A DNA stretch of 64,000 bases from Mobula hypostoma (GCF_963921235.1 NC_086108.1:36582001-36646000); one strand, 5' to 3'; shown: positions 11,819 to 23,945, counted from the first letter of the stretch. Numbers and translations are program-made. The notes: generated by a model not told the origin, from the sequence alone.

Positions 11819-12680
11819 GGGCATTTGATTGTACTTAGGAAGTTGCCTCCCATTTAACACACTTATAATTTACCTCACAGGGTGGTTGATGAATTGTAAA
11901 TATGAGTGTATTTTGGATCATCTGACATGTTGCAGATGTGTATGAGCTGTCGTATTGAAGTAGTGTGGGGGTACGGTTGTGAAATGTCCGTACTTGTATC
12001 TGTGAATTGTTGTGTTGTAGATATATTAGCTGCCATGATATGTTCGGGGAGGGTGGGTGGGGGGGAGGTTTGTTTTGGGGGTACGATACTAAAGCAAAAT
12101 GGAGGAAAATGTAATCCATTATATATTCTGTATTGTGTCATTCCTTCAATAAAAAAGAAATTTTTTTATAAAAAAGGAAAAAAAAAGGAAAGAAGAAAAA
12201 AAAAATTGAAAAACTCATTACTCATGCCATTGTGAGAAATATTGTTGCTCCTCCAATCTGTGTTGGGCTTCATTCTGTGTTGGGAAGGCCAAGGATGGAT
12301 GGGAATGGGTCAGCGTGAGAACGAGAGCTCAGAATGGTCAGTGCGGACTGAGCATAGGTGTTCTGCTAAGTGGTCAGCAAGTCTGCACTCGGTCTTGCCG
12401 GTGTTAAGGAAGATACATCGGGAGCGTCGAATGCAGTTAGCAAGGTTCCAGGAGATACGTGTGAACCTCTGCCTCACTTGGAAGGAGCATCTCGGTCTCT
12501 GGGTGGCGGTGAGGGAAGAGGTGCGAGGACGAGTGTTACATTTACTGCGAGGGCAGGGAAAGGTGCCAATGATAAGGAAAGGATGGGTATGGAGGGATGA
12601 GTCATGGAGGGAGTGATCCCTGTGTAAGGTAGAAAGTGGTGGGGAGGAGAAAACCAGACTAGTGGCAGGATTATGCTGCA

Positions 12681-12732
12681 TCCTCTCTTACTATTCCCCT
12701 TCTCCTCTCTTACTATTCCCCTTCTCCTCTCT
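12681..12732. repeat. 22-bp tandem duplication (about 2.4 copies)
   Basis: TCCTCTCTTACTATTCCCCTTC twice, then TCCTCTCT. Confidence 0.85.
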
Positions 12733-12993
12733 ATGCTGGTCATCTCACCTTCCAGCTTTAATCATGATACCAGAGTTCCTCCTTGGATAGAACGTGGGTG
12801 GCTGAAGTTGTGAGGCAACAGTTCGACTATTGTACCACCTACACTGAATGAAATGATTCCTTTCATCTCCTCCTACAGCCAGCCAAATATTTTCGAGGTG
12901 TATCCAGGTTGTGATGTGGAAAATCTGACAGTCTAGTGACTCAAGGCAAGATATAATGGCCGGGTAATCTATGAAATTTATTATGAAGTAAAT

Positions 12994-13247
12994 GTATTTA
13001 TTTATTTGTTGAGATACGGCCCATCGAGTTGCACTGCATAGCAAACCCAGATTTAACCCTAGCCTAATCACAGGACAATTCACAATGACCAATTAACCTA
13101 CCAACCAGTATGTCTTCGGAATGCGGGGGGAAATCCACTCGGTCACAAGGAGAATGTAAAAACTCCTTACAGACAGCGGCAGGAATTGAACCGGAGTCAC
13201 TTGTACTGTAAACCGTTGTGCTAACCACTACACTACTGTGTTGCCCC
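12994..13247 (-). mobile_element. V-SINE (HE1-like)
   Basis: (TTTA)n tail, the V-domain reverse complement shared with 4332-4632 (acaatgaccaatt..cc), and a tRNA head (ggaattgaaccgg...gctaaccactac). Confidence 0.8.
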
Positions 13248-13299
13248 TCGAGTTACCGAGAACATTACAAATAGCTCTCTTGCACCTCTTCTGGTGCAC

Positions 13300-13532
13300 C
13301 TGCACTGACGGAGATTGTGGAGGAAATGTTGTCGCCAATCGGATCTAGGGTCTGCATGTGAGGAAATCGAGGATCCAATTGCACAAGGATGTATTGAAGC
13401 CAGGGTCCTGAAGCCTATTGATTAGTTTTGAGGGGATGTTAGTATTGAATGCCGAGCTGTAGTCGATAAGCAGCATCCTGATGTATGCATCTTTGCTGTT
13501 CAGATGTTCCGGGGTTGGGTGAAGAGCCAGTG
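13300..13532 (-). mobile_element. Rex1/Babar RT fragment
   Basis: ORF 13345-13599(-) reads [32 protein letters not shown]. Confidence 0.75.
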
Positions 13533-14108
13533 AGGTAATTGGCTCATCACTCAAACCATCAGAAGTGCCTACTTCCCAAATCATTGTGTAGTGCCACATT
13601 ATTTAACAGAATGCTGCTCTTTAAAACTGGCTGACCACCCCTGTTGATAGGAAACACACGGCTTCTGAGGTGCACTCCATGTATGGATGTGCTTTAGACA
13701 CTGTAATGAAGTTATACTCTGCCAGTAAACTCAGAATACAATTGAGCTGGGTAATGCCAATGCTTATTTAAATGTAGAGTGGTATGTGATGATGGAACTC
13801 ATATAAATACATCAGCTGAATGAAGATAAATTATTTGATCTTGATGAGACAGCAACATAGCTGAGTTCCCCATGCAACCAATAGAAAAGCAATGAGGATA
13901 CATAACAATGTGAATGCCATCCATTCACTGCTCTGAAGTGTTTCTTTTAACAAATTATGTTTTTTGCTTAAAGAAGAAATTGGCTGATGCTCATGATGAT
14001 ACCGGAAAGTGTTTTGTTTGTCATTTTTTGTGGGATCTGAAAAGCTATGGAAGTACGTTGGGACCTTAAATGTCCAAGCTAAACCATGTCAATACTAGTG
14101 CTCCTTAG

Positions 14109-14159
14109 GAAAGCAAGACTGCAGAATTGAAGCAGGACTGCGAGGAGCTTATAAAGGAA
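14109..14159 (+). CDS. Candidate 51-nt host exon (phase 0-0), coiled-coil-like peptide ESKTAELKQDCEELIKE
   Basis: Acceptor TGCTCCTTAG, consensus donor GTAAGT, open frame, non-repetitive context. Confidence 0.35.
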
Positions 14160-15641
14160 GTAAGTGTGAGACATGGGAACTATTCTGGGAAAGAAAAATC
14201 AAAAACCTTATTCATATGGCCAAGGTTAGTGAGGTGACCTTTGAAAGTCTGGCTGGCAAATGGTCCTCAGCTTTCCTGCAGCACTGCTATGTTCTACCTG
14301 ACATATTGCTTGTAAAATAAGCATTAAATGATGGGGTACACATGATGTTTGCATATTCAGGCACTGCTCCATTGGATTTCTCTCAGTGATACTGCTACAT
14401 GTTCAAAGCCTGACTCCTCGCATTACCACCAGAGTACCCACCATTTGAGCATCTCTGGCCCCTCTGCACACATGGCTATTGCCCGTCCGCCACCAAGGAA
14501 CTGAAACTCACTTTGACTTGTTCCTTCTCATTCCAATGTTCCTTGGGTCAGATGCTCAACACACATGACCACTCGTCCTCACCCAGTGGCTCTCTCCTTC
14601 AACGAGGTGCAGATTAAGTTAAGTAATGCAGGCTACCTTTAACTGGAGCTCCCCACACACAAAAATGTGCGTCTCCTGACAGCATGGTTGGTGTTTGCTG
14701 CATGCTATAATTCCTGAAATGAACAAGCAACATAAAGCTAGCACACTGCCAGCACCACAGCCGTAAAATGTATTGTCATCTCCGCAGCCAGTTGTTGGGA
14801 GTTGTCCTCCAAGACCTTAAATCGGCTGATACATTTTGTTACCATTTAAAATGTGGAGGGGGTGGGGGATGATAAACAACACACCGCATTGATGGAAGCA
14901 TGTAATATTAAATCAAAAACCATTAAATGGTTATGAGAGAAGTTTACGGGCATGAGTTAGGAGCAGGTGTAAGCCACTCAGCCTCTATAGCTTGCTGCAG
15001 CGTTCATTAAAATCAGGTTACTCTGATTGCAACTTCAGCTCCTCATTTTCATCCAGCTACTGATAATTTGTTATCTCAGTAATCAGAATCTATCTTCCTC
15101 TGCCTTTAAAAAAAAGGAAGATTCTGCTTTCTCTGCCCTTTGAGGAAGTGTTGCAAGTCCCCAACATAAGAGTAATTTGCTTCAGTTATCTTAAATGGGC
15201 AATCCCTTATTTTGAAACAGTTTAGTTTGAGATTCTCCTACAAGAGGAAATGTCCTCTCCACTACCAGCCCGTCGAAACCCTGCAGAAACTTTGTGTTTC
15301 AACCAAGTCATTGCTCATTCTTCCAAACTCTGGTGAATACAAGCCCAGTAACCCAATCCCTTCTCACATGGCAAATAAAGAGGAGATCCCCATCCATAAC
15401 TGAAGATTTATAAGAGAAAAATAAATTTTACATGTAGAAAAATCAGTTAATGGGCTGGATGTGTAATCTTAGCATGATGTAGCAGGATTTACGTCTAGGC
15501 ATTAAAATAATTTTAAAATAAATTTGTTAGTCTTGTCAAGTGACATAGTTTCACAATGCATAATAGTAGAAATTGTCAGAAGGTTAGTAACCTGGCCAGG
15601 AAGTACCATTTGAATGGCTTGTATAGAAAATCATACTGGCC

Positions 15642-16072
15642 CATATAACCATATAACTATATAACAATTACAGCACGGAAACAGGCCATCTTGGCCCTTC
15701 TAGTCCATGCCGAACTCTTACTTTCACCTAGTCCCACCGACCTGCACTCAGCCCATGACCCTCCATTCCTTTCCTGTTCATATATCTATCCAATTTAACT
15801 TTAAACGATAACATCGAACCTGCCTCAACCACTTCTGCTGGAAGCTCGTTCCACACAGCTACCACTCTCTGAGTAAAGAAGTTCCCCCTCATGTTATCCC
15901 TAAACTTTTGCTCTTTAACTCTCAACTCATGTCCTCTTGTTTGAATCTCCCCCACTCTTAATGGAAAAAGCCTATCCACGTCACCTCTATCTATTCCCCT
16001 CATAATTTTAAATACCTCTATCAAGTCCCCCCTCAACCTTCTACGCTCCAAAGAATAAAGACCCAACTTGTC
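15642..16072 (-). mobile_element. CR1-clade LINE 3' fragment
   Basis: ORF reads LGLYSLERRRLRGDLIEVFKIMRG..FFTQRVVAVWNELP. (CCATATAA)n tail. Confidence 0.9.
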
Positions 16073-16389
16073 CACAAGGCCCAGTGTTAAATTCATTCAT
16101 CAATTAGGAAAACACTAAGTGAGAAGGCAATTCAATTATCAGGGATATAAGAGGAAGTTTTAAAAAAGCATAATTTTAATGTAAACTATGTTAATGTACA
16201 TTTGTAACAGGAAAAGATTAAAAAAGAAAATGCTTCTTCCATCACAGCAAAGGAACATTTTCAAAACAAAAGTATTTTGTTATCTATAAAGCCTTTGGGA
16301 CATGCTGAGATAATTACAACTGATGAATGAAGCTAATCTTTCTTTGAAGATGGGAAGAATGGGCAAACCAAATTTCTAATCCTCTTTGG

Positions 16390-17612
16390 GATTGTGCCAC
16401 AGGATGGAAGGATTGCTAGTGTTATCCCATTATTTGGGAAATAAGGGAGGGATAATCTGATTAATTACAGATTGCTTGGTGTAATTTTGGAGGTGGATAA
16501 ATTATTGGAATCCATCCTGGAAAACTGTATGAGCATTCATTTAGGTCCGGACTGAATAATCAGGGGCAGTGAGCATTAGTTTTTACGGTAAGGTCAGGCC
16601 TGACTAATGAATTTAATAAGGAGGGAACAAGGAATGTTATTGAGGGTAGTGTGCACATAGACTTTAACAAGTATAACAAGGTCTTGCATGCCAAATTGGA
16701 CACACCGATGTAATTCTGAATTCAAAGCAGAGTTGGCAACAAACCTGGCTATTTGCAGGAAGTAATAGGTCATATATTTTGTGACTAGAAGGCTGTTCCA
16801 GTGCTCAGTCCCTTCTTTCTGTTTTATGATTTCTCAAATGGTTTTGATAATGGATAAAGTAGTATGCAGGTATGCAAAAGTTGGCCATCCAGTTAACACT
16901 GAGGAAGGCTTCGGACTGCAGACAGATGCTAGTCTGTTCAACTGGGCAGCAACGTGACATTTGACAAATAGTGTTGAATCCACAGAAGTGAGATAATGCT
17001 CTGGGTCAGGTAAAACAAGGCGTAAATACACAATTAATAAAAGGCTATTGAGTAATGCAGAAACAAAGAAAGCTCAGCGTGTTTGTACCCAGATCTTTAA
17101 AGTGTGTATGGCAGATGAAGAGAATGGTTGAAAAGGCATACATTTCCATAAATGGACCACAGTTTGAGTGCTGCCTAAAGTTCTGCTCAGCACTTTGCAA
17201 GGAAGCTCTGACATGGTACCAGAAGGTTCAATGGAGAGTTGATGGCAAGCTGAGGAAAAATTGTACAATTGAGGATTTATTTCTTTGAATAGGGGAGGTT
17301 GAGGAAAGGCTTAACTGAAATGTATAACATTTTGAGCCAAAGCTAGCAGGAAGATCAAAAAGTGGGAAATGGGTTGAAAGTAATTGTTGGAGTGTTTGGA
17401 GAGGAAATGAATGATAAGACTTTGCAACTTGCTGCCAGAAAATAGGACAGAAACAGCTCCTCATCAAATTCAAAATGTGCTTGGATGTTTATGAAAATAA
17501 TTGTGACCCAGTGCTGTTGTACTAGAAGTTGGGCTTTGGTTGGTCACCTTATTCCAGCTATTCCAGATGCGATGGGTTTAATAACCTCTTTCCTGCATTG
17601 TACTTTTTCCAT
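16390..17612 (+). mobile_element. Old, highly decayed CR1 ORF2 and 3' UTR
   Basis: Scattered remnants of PEDWRIA.V.PLF, NYR, DF.K, ADD and RPQ.EYC..FW motif DNA, ending in a CR1-like 3' UTR. Confidence 0.55.
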
Positions 17613-17782
17613 GATATCTGTGCTACTATAGGTATATGATTGCAGTTTAAAATTACTTTCTATGAATGTTCACACTGGCACCTGTCATCTACTTTGCTGA
17701 ACAGGTAGTTTGTGTGCGGGGGAATAGTCCAGACTGTGGAGACAGGGGTATTATCAGTAAGATGGGCAATAAGAAAATTGTA

Positions 17783-19125
17783 AACACAAGTTTCTGCAGA
17801 TGCTGAAAATCCAGAGCAATGCACACAAAATGCTGGTGGAAATCAGCCCGTCTGGCAGCATCATTGGAGAAGAATAAACAGTTGACATATTGGGCCAAGA
17901 CCCTTCTTCAGGACTGGAAATGAAGGGGGAGGATGCCACAATAAAAGGCAAGGGGGGAGGGTGTGAAAGGAGGCTAGCTGGAAAGTTATACTGTAGGTGA
18001 AGCCAGGTAGTAGGAAGTGTAAAGGGCTGGGGAAGAAGGAATCTGATGGGAGAAGAGAATACTGACCATGGGAAAAAGGGAAGGAGGAGGGACACCAGGG
18101 GAGGTGATTAGCAGGTGAGGAAAAGAGGTAAGAGGCCATAGTGGAGATTAGAAGAAGAGGGAAGGAGGAGAGGAAAAGAAAAAAAAGAAAGGAAAAGAGA
18201 AGCAAAAGGTTACCGGAAGAAGAAATTGACGTTTATGCCTTCGGGCTAGAGGCTACCTATTTGGAATATGAGATGTTGCTCCTTCTCTTTAAGGGTGGCT
18301 TCATCATTGCAGAAGAAGAGGCCATGGAGTGACCTGGAATTAAAATGTTTGGCCAAGGGGAAACTCCATTTTTGGTGGATGGAGCTTGACAAAGCATTCC
18401 GCCAGTTTACGTCAGGTCTCACCAATTTAAAGAAGGCGATATTGGGAGCACCGCATACAATAGATGACCACAACAGAGTTACAGGTGAAGTGTTGCCTCA
18501 GCTGGAGGGACTGTTTGGGTCCCTGGATAGAGGTGAGGTGAGGGTGGAGGTAAGTGAGCAGGTGTAACATTTCTGTCACTTGCAGGGATACAGTACGTAC
18601 CAAGAGGGAGATTAGTGGCAAGGGATGAATGGACAATGGAATCAGAGAGAGAGCAACCCCTGAGGAAAGCGGAGAATGGGGAAGAAGTAAAGATGTGTTT
18701 GATGGTAGGATCCCATTGAAGATGACAGAAGTTGTGGATGATGAAGTGTTGGATGCAGAGACTCATGGGGTGGTAGATGAGGACAAGAGTAACTCTATCT
18801 TTGTTAAGGTGGTAGGAAGATGGGATGAGCGCAGATGTCTGGGAAATAGAAGAGATGCAGATGAGAGCAGCATCAAATGGTGGAGGATGGGAAACCTGTT
18901 TTGTGAAGAAGGACGACATCTCTGATGCCCTGGAAAGGAAAGCCTCATGCTGGGAACAGTTGCAGTGGAGAGGGAATAGCATTTTTATAAAAGATGTTAT
19001 TAGACAGCCTGTCTCCAGAGATGGAGACAGACAGTTTGAGAAAGTAGAGAGAGGTGTCAGAGATGGACCACATGAATTTAAAGACAGGGTGGAAATTTAA
19101 GGCAAAGGTGATGAAATTGAATAGA
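17783..19125 (-). mobile_element. Penelope-like element (RT C-terminal linker, GIY-YIG and terminal region), decayed
   Basis: ORFs read FLSRASEMSSFF..DRVTLVLIYHP..IIHNFCHLQWDP and QLRQHFTCNSVVVIYCMRCSQ. Terminal motif ctgcagatgctgaaaatcc. Confidence 0.8.
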
Positions 19126-19469
19126 GAATGAGTTTAATCTATTTGTACAATTTTTTAATGTCCGATCTGTGCATGAAAGTGATTTTGACCCAAATAGATT
19201 GCACTTGTAATAAATCTTCCAGTGGAAAATTGGCTGAGATGTTTCTATATATAATTTGTCTTAACGTGATAGATGTTCTCCTTGTGTCAGACACAACTCT
19301 AATAAGGTCACAAGTTGTATACGACACGTTTTCTCAATCCCTATGTTCACTTAATGTTCCTTCTCAAAAAATAGATCAGCACAGACATTGATTAAGGCAT
19401 CTATACTGTGGTATTGATGTCTCTGCCAGTCTTATTGTTTGTTGCTCATTTATCTACCCATTTATTTCC

Positions 19470-20265
19470 TTGCGGTATAGGAGTCCATTTGGCCCATCAA
19501 GTCTATACTGTCTCACAGAGCAACCCCACTCCTCCACTTTTCCCAGAATATTATTCTCCTCACAGCCCATTTGCTTTATCAAACCTTTATACTTTATACT
19601 TTATACTTTATTGTCATCAAACAATTGATACTAGAACGTACAATCATCACAGCGATATTTGATTCTGCGCTTCCTGCTCCCTGGAGTACAAATCGATAGT
19701 AAATATTAAAAATTTAAATGATAAAATATAAATAGAAAATAGAAAATGGAAAGTAAGGTAGTGCAAAAAAACCGAGAGGCAGGTCCGGATATTTGGAGGG
19801 TACGGCCCAGATCTGGGTCAGGATCTGTTCAGCAGTCTTATCACAGTTGGAAAGAAGCTGTTCCCAAATCTGGCCGTACGAGTCTTCAAGCTCCTGACCC
19901 TTCTTCCGGAGGGAAGAGGGACAAAAAGTCCGTTGGCTGGGTGGGTCATGTCCTTGATTATCCTGGCAGCACTGCTCTGACAGCGTGCAGTGTAAAGTGA
20001 GTCCAAGGACGGAAGATTGGTTTGTGTGATGTGCTGGGCCGTGTTCACAATCTTCTGCAGCTTCTTCCGGTCTTGGACGAGAATACCTCAATGCTAAGGT
20101 GAGATTATAGCAACAATTAACTATGTTTTTTGGAATGTGGGAGAAAATTGGAGCATCCATAGGAAATTATACAGTCACAGGGAGAACATAATAACTCCCC
20201 GCAGACAGCACTGGAGGTTATGATTGAACCTGGATTACTGGATTTGTGGGACCTGCACTGCAAAC
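19470..20265 (-). mobile_element. V-SINE remnant split by a Rex/Babar fragment
   Basis: Tail-like segment at 19470-19580. V-domain and tRNA-head reverse complement at 20105-20265. Confidence 0.5.
19585..20080 (-). mobile_element. Rex1/Babar 3' fragment, relatively young
   Basis: ORF reads AQHITQTNLPSLDSLY..IIKDMTHPANGLF.PLPSGRR.RS..RFGNSFFP. (CTTTATA)n tail. Confidence 0.85.
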
Positions 20266-21419
20266 CTTTACTGGTTTCCCATGGAAGTGATGTGACAGAT
20301 CCAAATTCAGCATACAGCTCCCAATTAAAACTGCATGCAACCTGTTTTAGTGATAAATGCCACAATACGGCTTTTAGCATTCTTTTGCCTTATTTCATGA
20401 TATTTACAGAGAATCCGATTTGCTGCTCTCTGTGAGACCTAAAGGAGGATGGAGCCCAGTTTCTGTGGTCCATACTTTAAGAAAGTGCCAAAGTCAGATG
20501 AATGCCTCACTGGTCAAAGAAATGTGTGATGACTCCTTAAAATATGACAGGAGTATGAATAATGCGTGCAGTGAAAGCTCTGTAATCTTCCACATGCAGG
20601 ACCTGACAAGTGCCAGTTAAACAAATATGCCAGCTAATTACAAGTTAATCTGGCTACTTTCTTAGTGCATCCCCTCTGATAGTGCATTTGCCAGTTAAAT
20701 GAGCATGATTTATTGTAGAATGTTTGAAAGGAAAACTTTTACCTAATGTGGGAAATGTGATGCTGGCTTTATAAAGAACAAGTTTAACTCCTATTGTGAG
20801 GAAATTCATTTTCATTTTGTTCCACTCCACTTTTTCATCTCACCTCCCGTTCCTTTTCCAATCAGTAATTTTAATAGATTAAGGAGAAAGATTATTGGTC
20901 CTCTTATTTGGTAATATTCTGGAAACTCTGTTAATTTGCTATCCTGCAATCCCTTCCATCCACCATGATAAATGCTTGGCAATTTTTATGTTGAAACATA
21001 CAGGAAAAAATCCAGAAACACAACATGATTTTCCATTTCAAAGACTAGCAGCTCATTCATTGGGAGAATTGATAATCTCATCTTCATCATCGAAATAGGA
21101 CTCAATGAGATAAATTTAGAAAATTCAAGGGAATGGTTGTCATCTCAAGAAACAACAAAGTGTAATTAAATGCTATTATGTATTTCAAAGAGCAAGGAGA
21201 GTGTTTTCAATAGATTTGTTAAATCTCCAATCCTGGTTGAGGTTTCCTTTATCTCCACTTGTGTGACCCAGAATTGGTGAGATACTGATACAACTGGATC
21301 CCAACAAGCACACCATTTTTGATATTCACCTGGCTGACAATAAATATATTGCCAATACTCTTGGTCAGTACCTCTCGCTTAATAAATGGAATAGGATTTT
21401 ATTGAAGGGAGTGACTGAA

Positions 21420-21552
21420 GACACATACAAGAGAAAATCTGCAGATGCTGGAAATCCGAGTAACACACTTGAAATCCTTCGGCCCAAAATGTCAACTGTA
21501 CTCTTCTCTTAGATGCTGCCTGGCCTGTTGAGTTCCTCCAACATTTTGTGTT
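21420..21552. mobile_element. Short Penelope-derived remnant joining oppositely oriented terminal segments
   Basis: ctgcagatgctggaaatcc followed by opposite-orientation terminal sequence (gatgctgcctggcctgttgagttcctccaacattttgtg). Confidence 0.55.
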
Positions 21553-22326
21553 TGACTGAAAACACATGATTTTTTTTGACAAATCTTGTGATTCAACTGG
21601 AAGCAAAGGGATGGGTTTGATGTGGGTACCATGTAGCTTACAGTATAATAAGGGACTACTTTACGTTTTAGTAACACGTCGTTGAGTGCACTATTAGGCA
21701 CGTATTGATCTGTACGTGTGTGTCGAGTTCGAATTCTGCTAGTAAAGAACCATGAAACTTAGCTCCCGTCTCCAGCGTTTTTATTAATAGCATTGTTGTG
21801 TAGCCAGGCCACATACACAACAAGGTGATTACAGGATTGAATATAAAATGCACTCAAATTTCAAAAATATAATGAACCTACTGCATTTATTTTTTTTGTC
21901 TCTGGCACCTTAGTCTTCTTGCTATAATCATAATGTAAACGGTTAGCTGCATTTAATGTAATACTGTACTGTATATCACTATTCGACAACAGAATCAAGG
22001 TGCTTATTACATAAACTGAATGGCATTTAGACATAGAAATCAAACAATACAAATTACTGGTCATTATAGTCTCCATAGTGTTAACTCCCATTCTGAGAAA
22101 ATTGAACAGTGAACAATAAAAGGTTTTCAACCAGCTGCATTCAGTTGGAACAAAAGAAGCTCATTCACAGCTGCAATCGTCTCTCAAAACTGCAGGAGCC
22201 TCACCCACCACAAGGATAAGAAGCAGAGCGATTCCTCAGGTTTCTTTTGCAATTTACGCCTTCAGAAACCAGCCTCACTGAAAGACTCCACATATTGAGG
22301 GCGATCTTTTGTTTGTATAATTTCAG

Positions 22327-22434
22327 GAAAAAATGAGCATAGACCAAAGAAAATGAGGACTGGAATCAATATGATTTTCACTTCCACTCAATACATTTGC
22401 CTTACGGAGTGGCAGGATCACAGAGGGACCCTGG
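22327..22434 (+). CDS. Candidate host exon (108 nt, phase 1-1)
   Basis: Acceptor TAATTTCAG and donor G/GTGAGG. One open frame, KNEHRPKKMRTGINMIFTSTQYICLTEWQDHRGTL. Confidence 0.25.
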
Positions 22435-22958
22435 GTGAGGATGGTTCTGCTGCTCATCCTGACATGCATTTATATCTCCATTCTACTCATTTTAGTTAAT
22501 CCATACAGAGCAGCATTCAACTTTTCCACCACTAATGCAGCAGGAAATGGGGATTTAAGTAGATCTCAGATCTCTTGACTGTTCTTAATCCATCTGAAAA
22601 CCCATTTACTGTACTGAATGTCGCATGTTCTTTTTACTAGCATGAATAGTGTCATCTTTAATTAAATTCATACTGTTGATGAATTTTTCCACTCTCTAGA
22701 CTTTCTTCCACTCTCTGTCCAAATCCTTGTCACATGTTTTAACTCCCAATATATATGGGATTGACGTCACGTTAGAAGCTTAACAAGAAACCTGAAGCAG
22801 GATTGCAGTCTCTTAAATGCTTTTCATTCTTACCAGACATGGGCAGAGGTTAATGATAAGCCAGGCAGCAGTAGATACCGTGATTATTTAAGTATGGTGA
22901 TAAAATTGAAAGCCTTTGTTGTGAAGTCATTCTACGTTTACCATTGACCAGGTACTCG

Positions 22959-23945
22959 GGCTACGTCCACACTACGCCGGATAATTTTGAAAACAAAGCT
23001 TTTTCTCTTCGTTTTGACCCTCCGTCCACGCTAAAACAGTGTTTTCATTCCCTGAAAACGGAGATTTTCAGAAACGGTCTCCAGAGTGAATAGGTCTGAA
23101 AACGCCTAATATCCGTCGCAGTGTGTGTGGGGTAACCGGAGCTTTTTAAAACCGCTATCATGACGTGCGGGAACAGATGGTGACAGCACAGCATTTCATT
23201 GTTTTCTTCTTCTTATTCTTATTATTGTTATTACTACTTTATTGTCGCCAAACAATTGATACTAGAGCGTACAATTATCACAGCGATATTTGATACTGCA
23301 CTTCGCAGAACCTAACAATTTCAGAACAGATGGCAACGAGACTGAAGCCAGAAGAGTTAGAAATGTATTCACCAAATACTTTGACCCATAGCTTACTGAA
23401 TAAATAAGTATTCTCACTTTTCCCTGTTTTCTGTCCTTGCTTGTATGAAGGTGGTTTACCTATTTATGCAAGTACTTCTCTGACAATAGATGTGTAACAG
23501 CCTAATGTAACATTGTATGGAAATACAAGATAACACTGATGCAGACATGTTTTATACGTTTAACAAGGTGCTTTATTAATGCAACAGAGTTAGTCAGTTT
23601 CTCGATGTTCATCGTCAGTTGGGTCATACTGTCCGTGAACTCCCTGTCGGTTGCCTCCATACGCTCCAGTATTTGTTTTTTTTAGTTTTAAGTCCTCCTG
23701 CGCGAGAGCCAAGAGTAATTCCTTTTAAGTTTTTCTACTCTGTAACTGGACAAACGTGCACCAAGTATATTGTTTCCTCTTCGTTTGTTTTCTGTGTGTT
23801 CTGCGCATGCCCAGTAGGAGGAGATTCGCCCAAATATCCGCTTAATGTGGACGGAGATGTTTTGAAAAACGCTTAGTGTGGACGCCTATCGTTTTTACTC
23901 GAAACCGGTGTTTTCAAAATTATCCAGTGTAGTGTGGACGTAGCC
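22959..23945. mobile_element. Non-autonomous DNA transposon (MITE), PIF/Harbinger-type
   Basis: TIRs of about 36 bp: GGCTACGTCCACACTACGCCGGATAATTTTGAAAAC and GTTTTCAAAATTATCCAGTGTAGTGTGGACGTAGCC. 3-bp flanks TCG/TCA. Subterminal GTCCAC repeats; no transposase ORF. Confidence 0.8.

Larger units (their letters stand above)
6361..12201 (+). mobile_element. Full-length L1-clade LINE
   Basis: 15-bp TSD AAAATTGAAAAACTC at 6346-6360 and 12202-12216. Starts GACTTCCGG; ORF1, ~600-nt inter-ORF region, ORF2, AATAAA at 12148 and an A-rich tail. Confidence 0.95.
3637..12680 (-). mobile_element. Decayed Penelope-like (GIY-YIG) element, split by four younger insertions
   Basis: Terminal motif gactgcaaatgctggaatctggagcaac at ~3650. 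Purine-rich pieces at 3637-3853, 4202-4332, 4633-4673, 6090-6360 and 12202-12680. ORF 12310-12681(-) reads FQVRQRFT..NLANCIRRSRCIFLNTGKTECRLADHLAEHL, a degenerate GIY-YIG. Confidence 0.65.
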
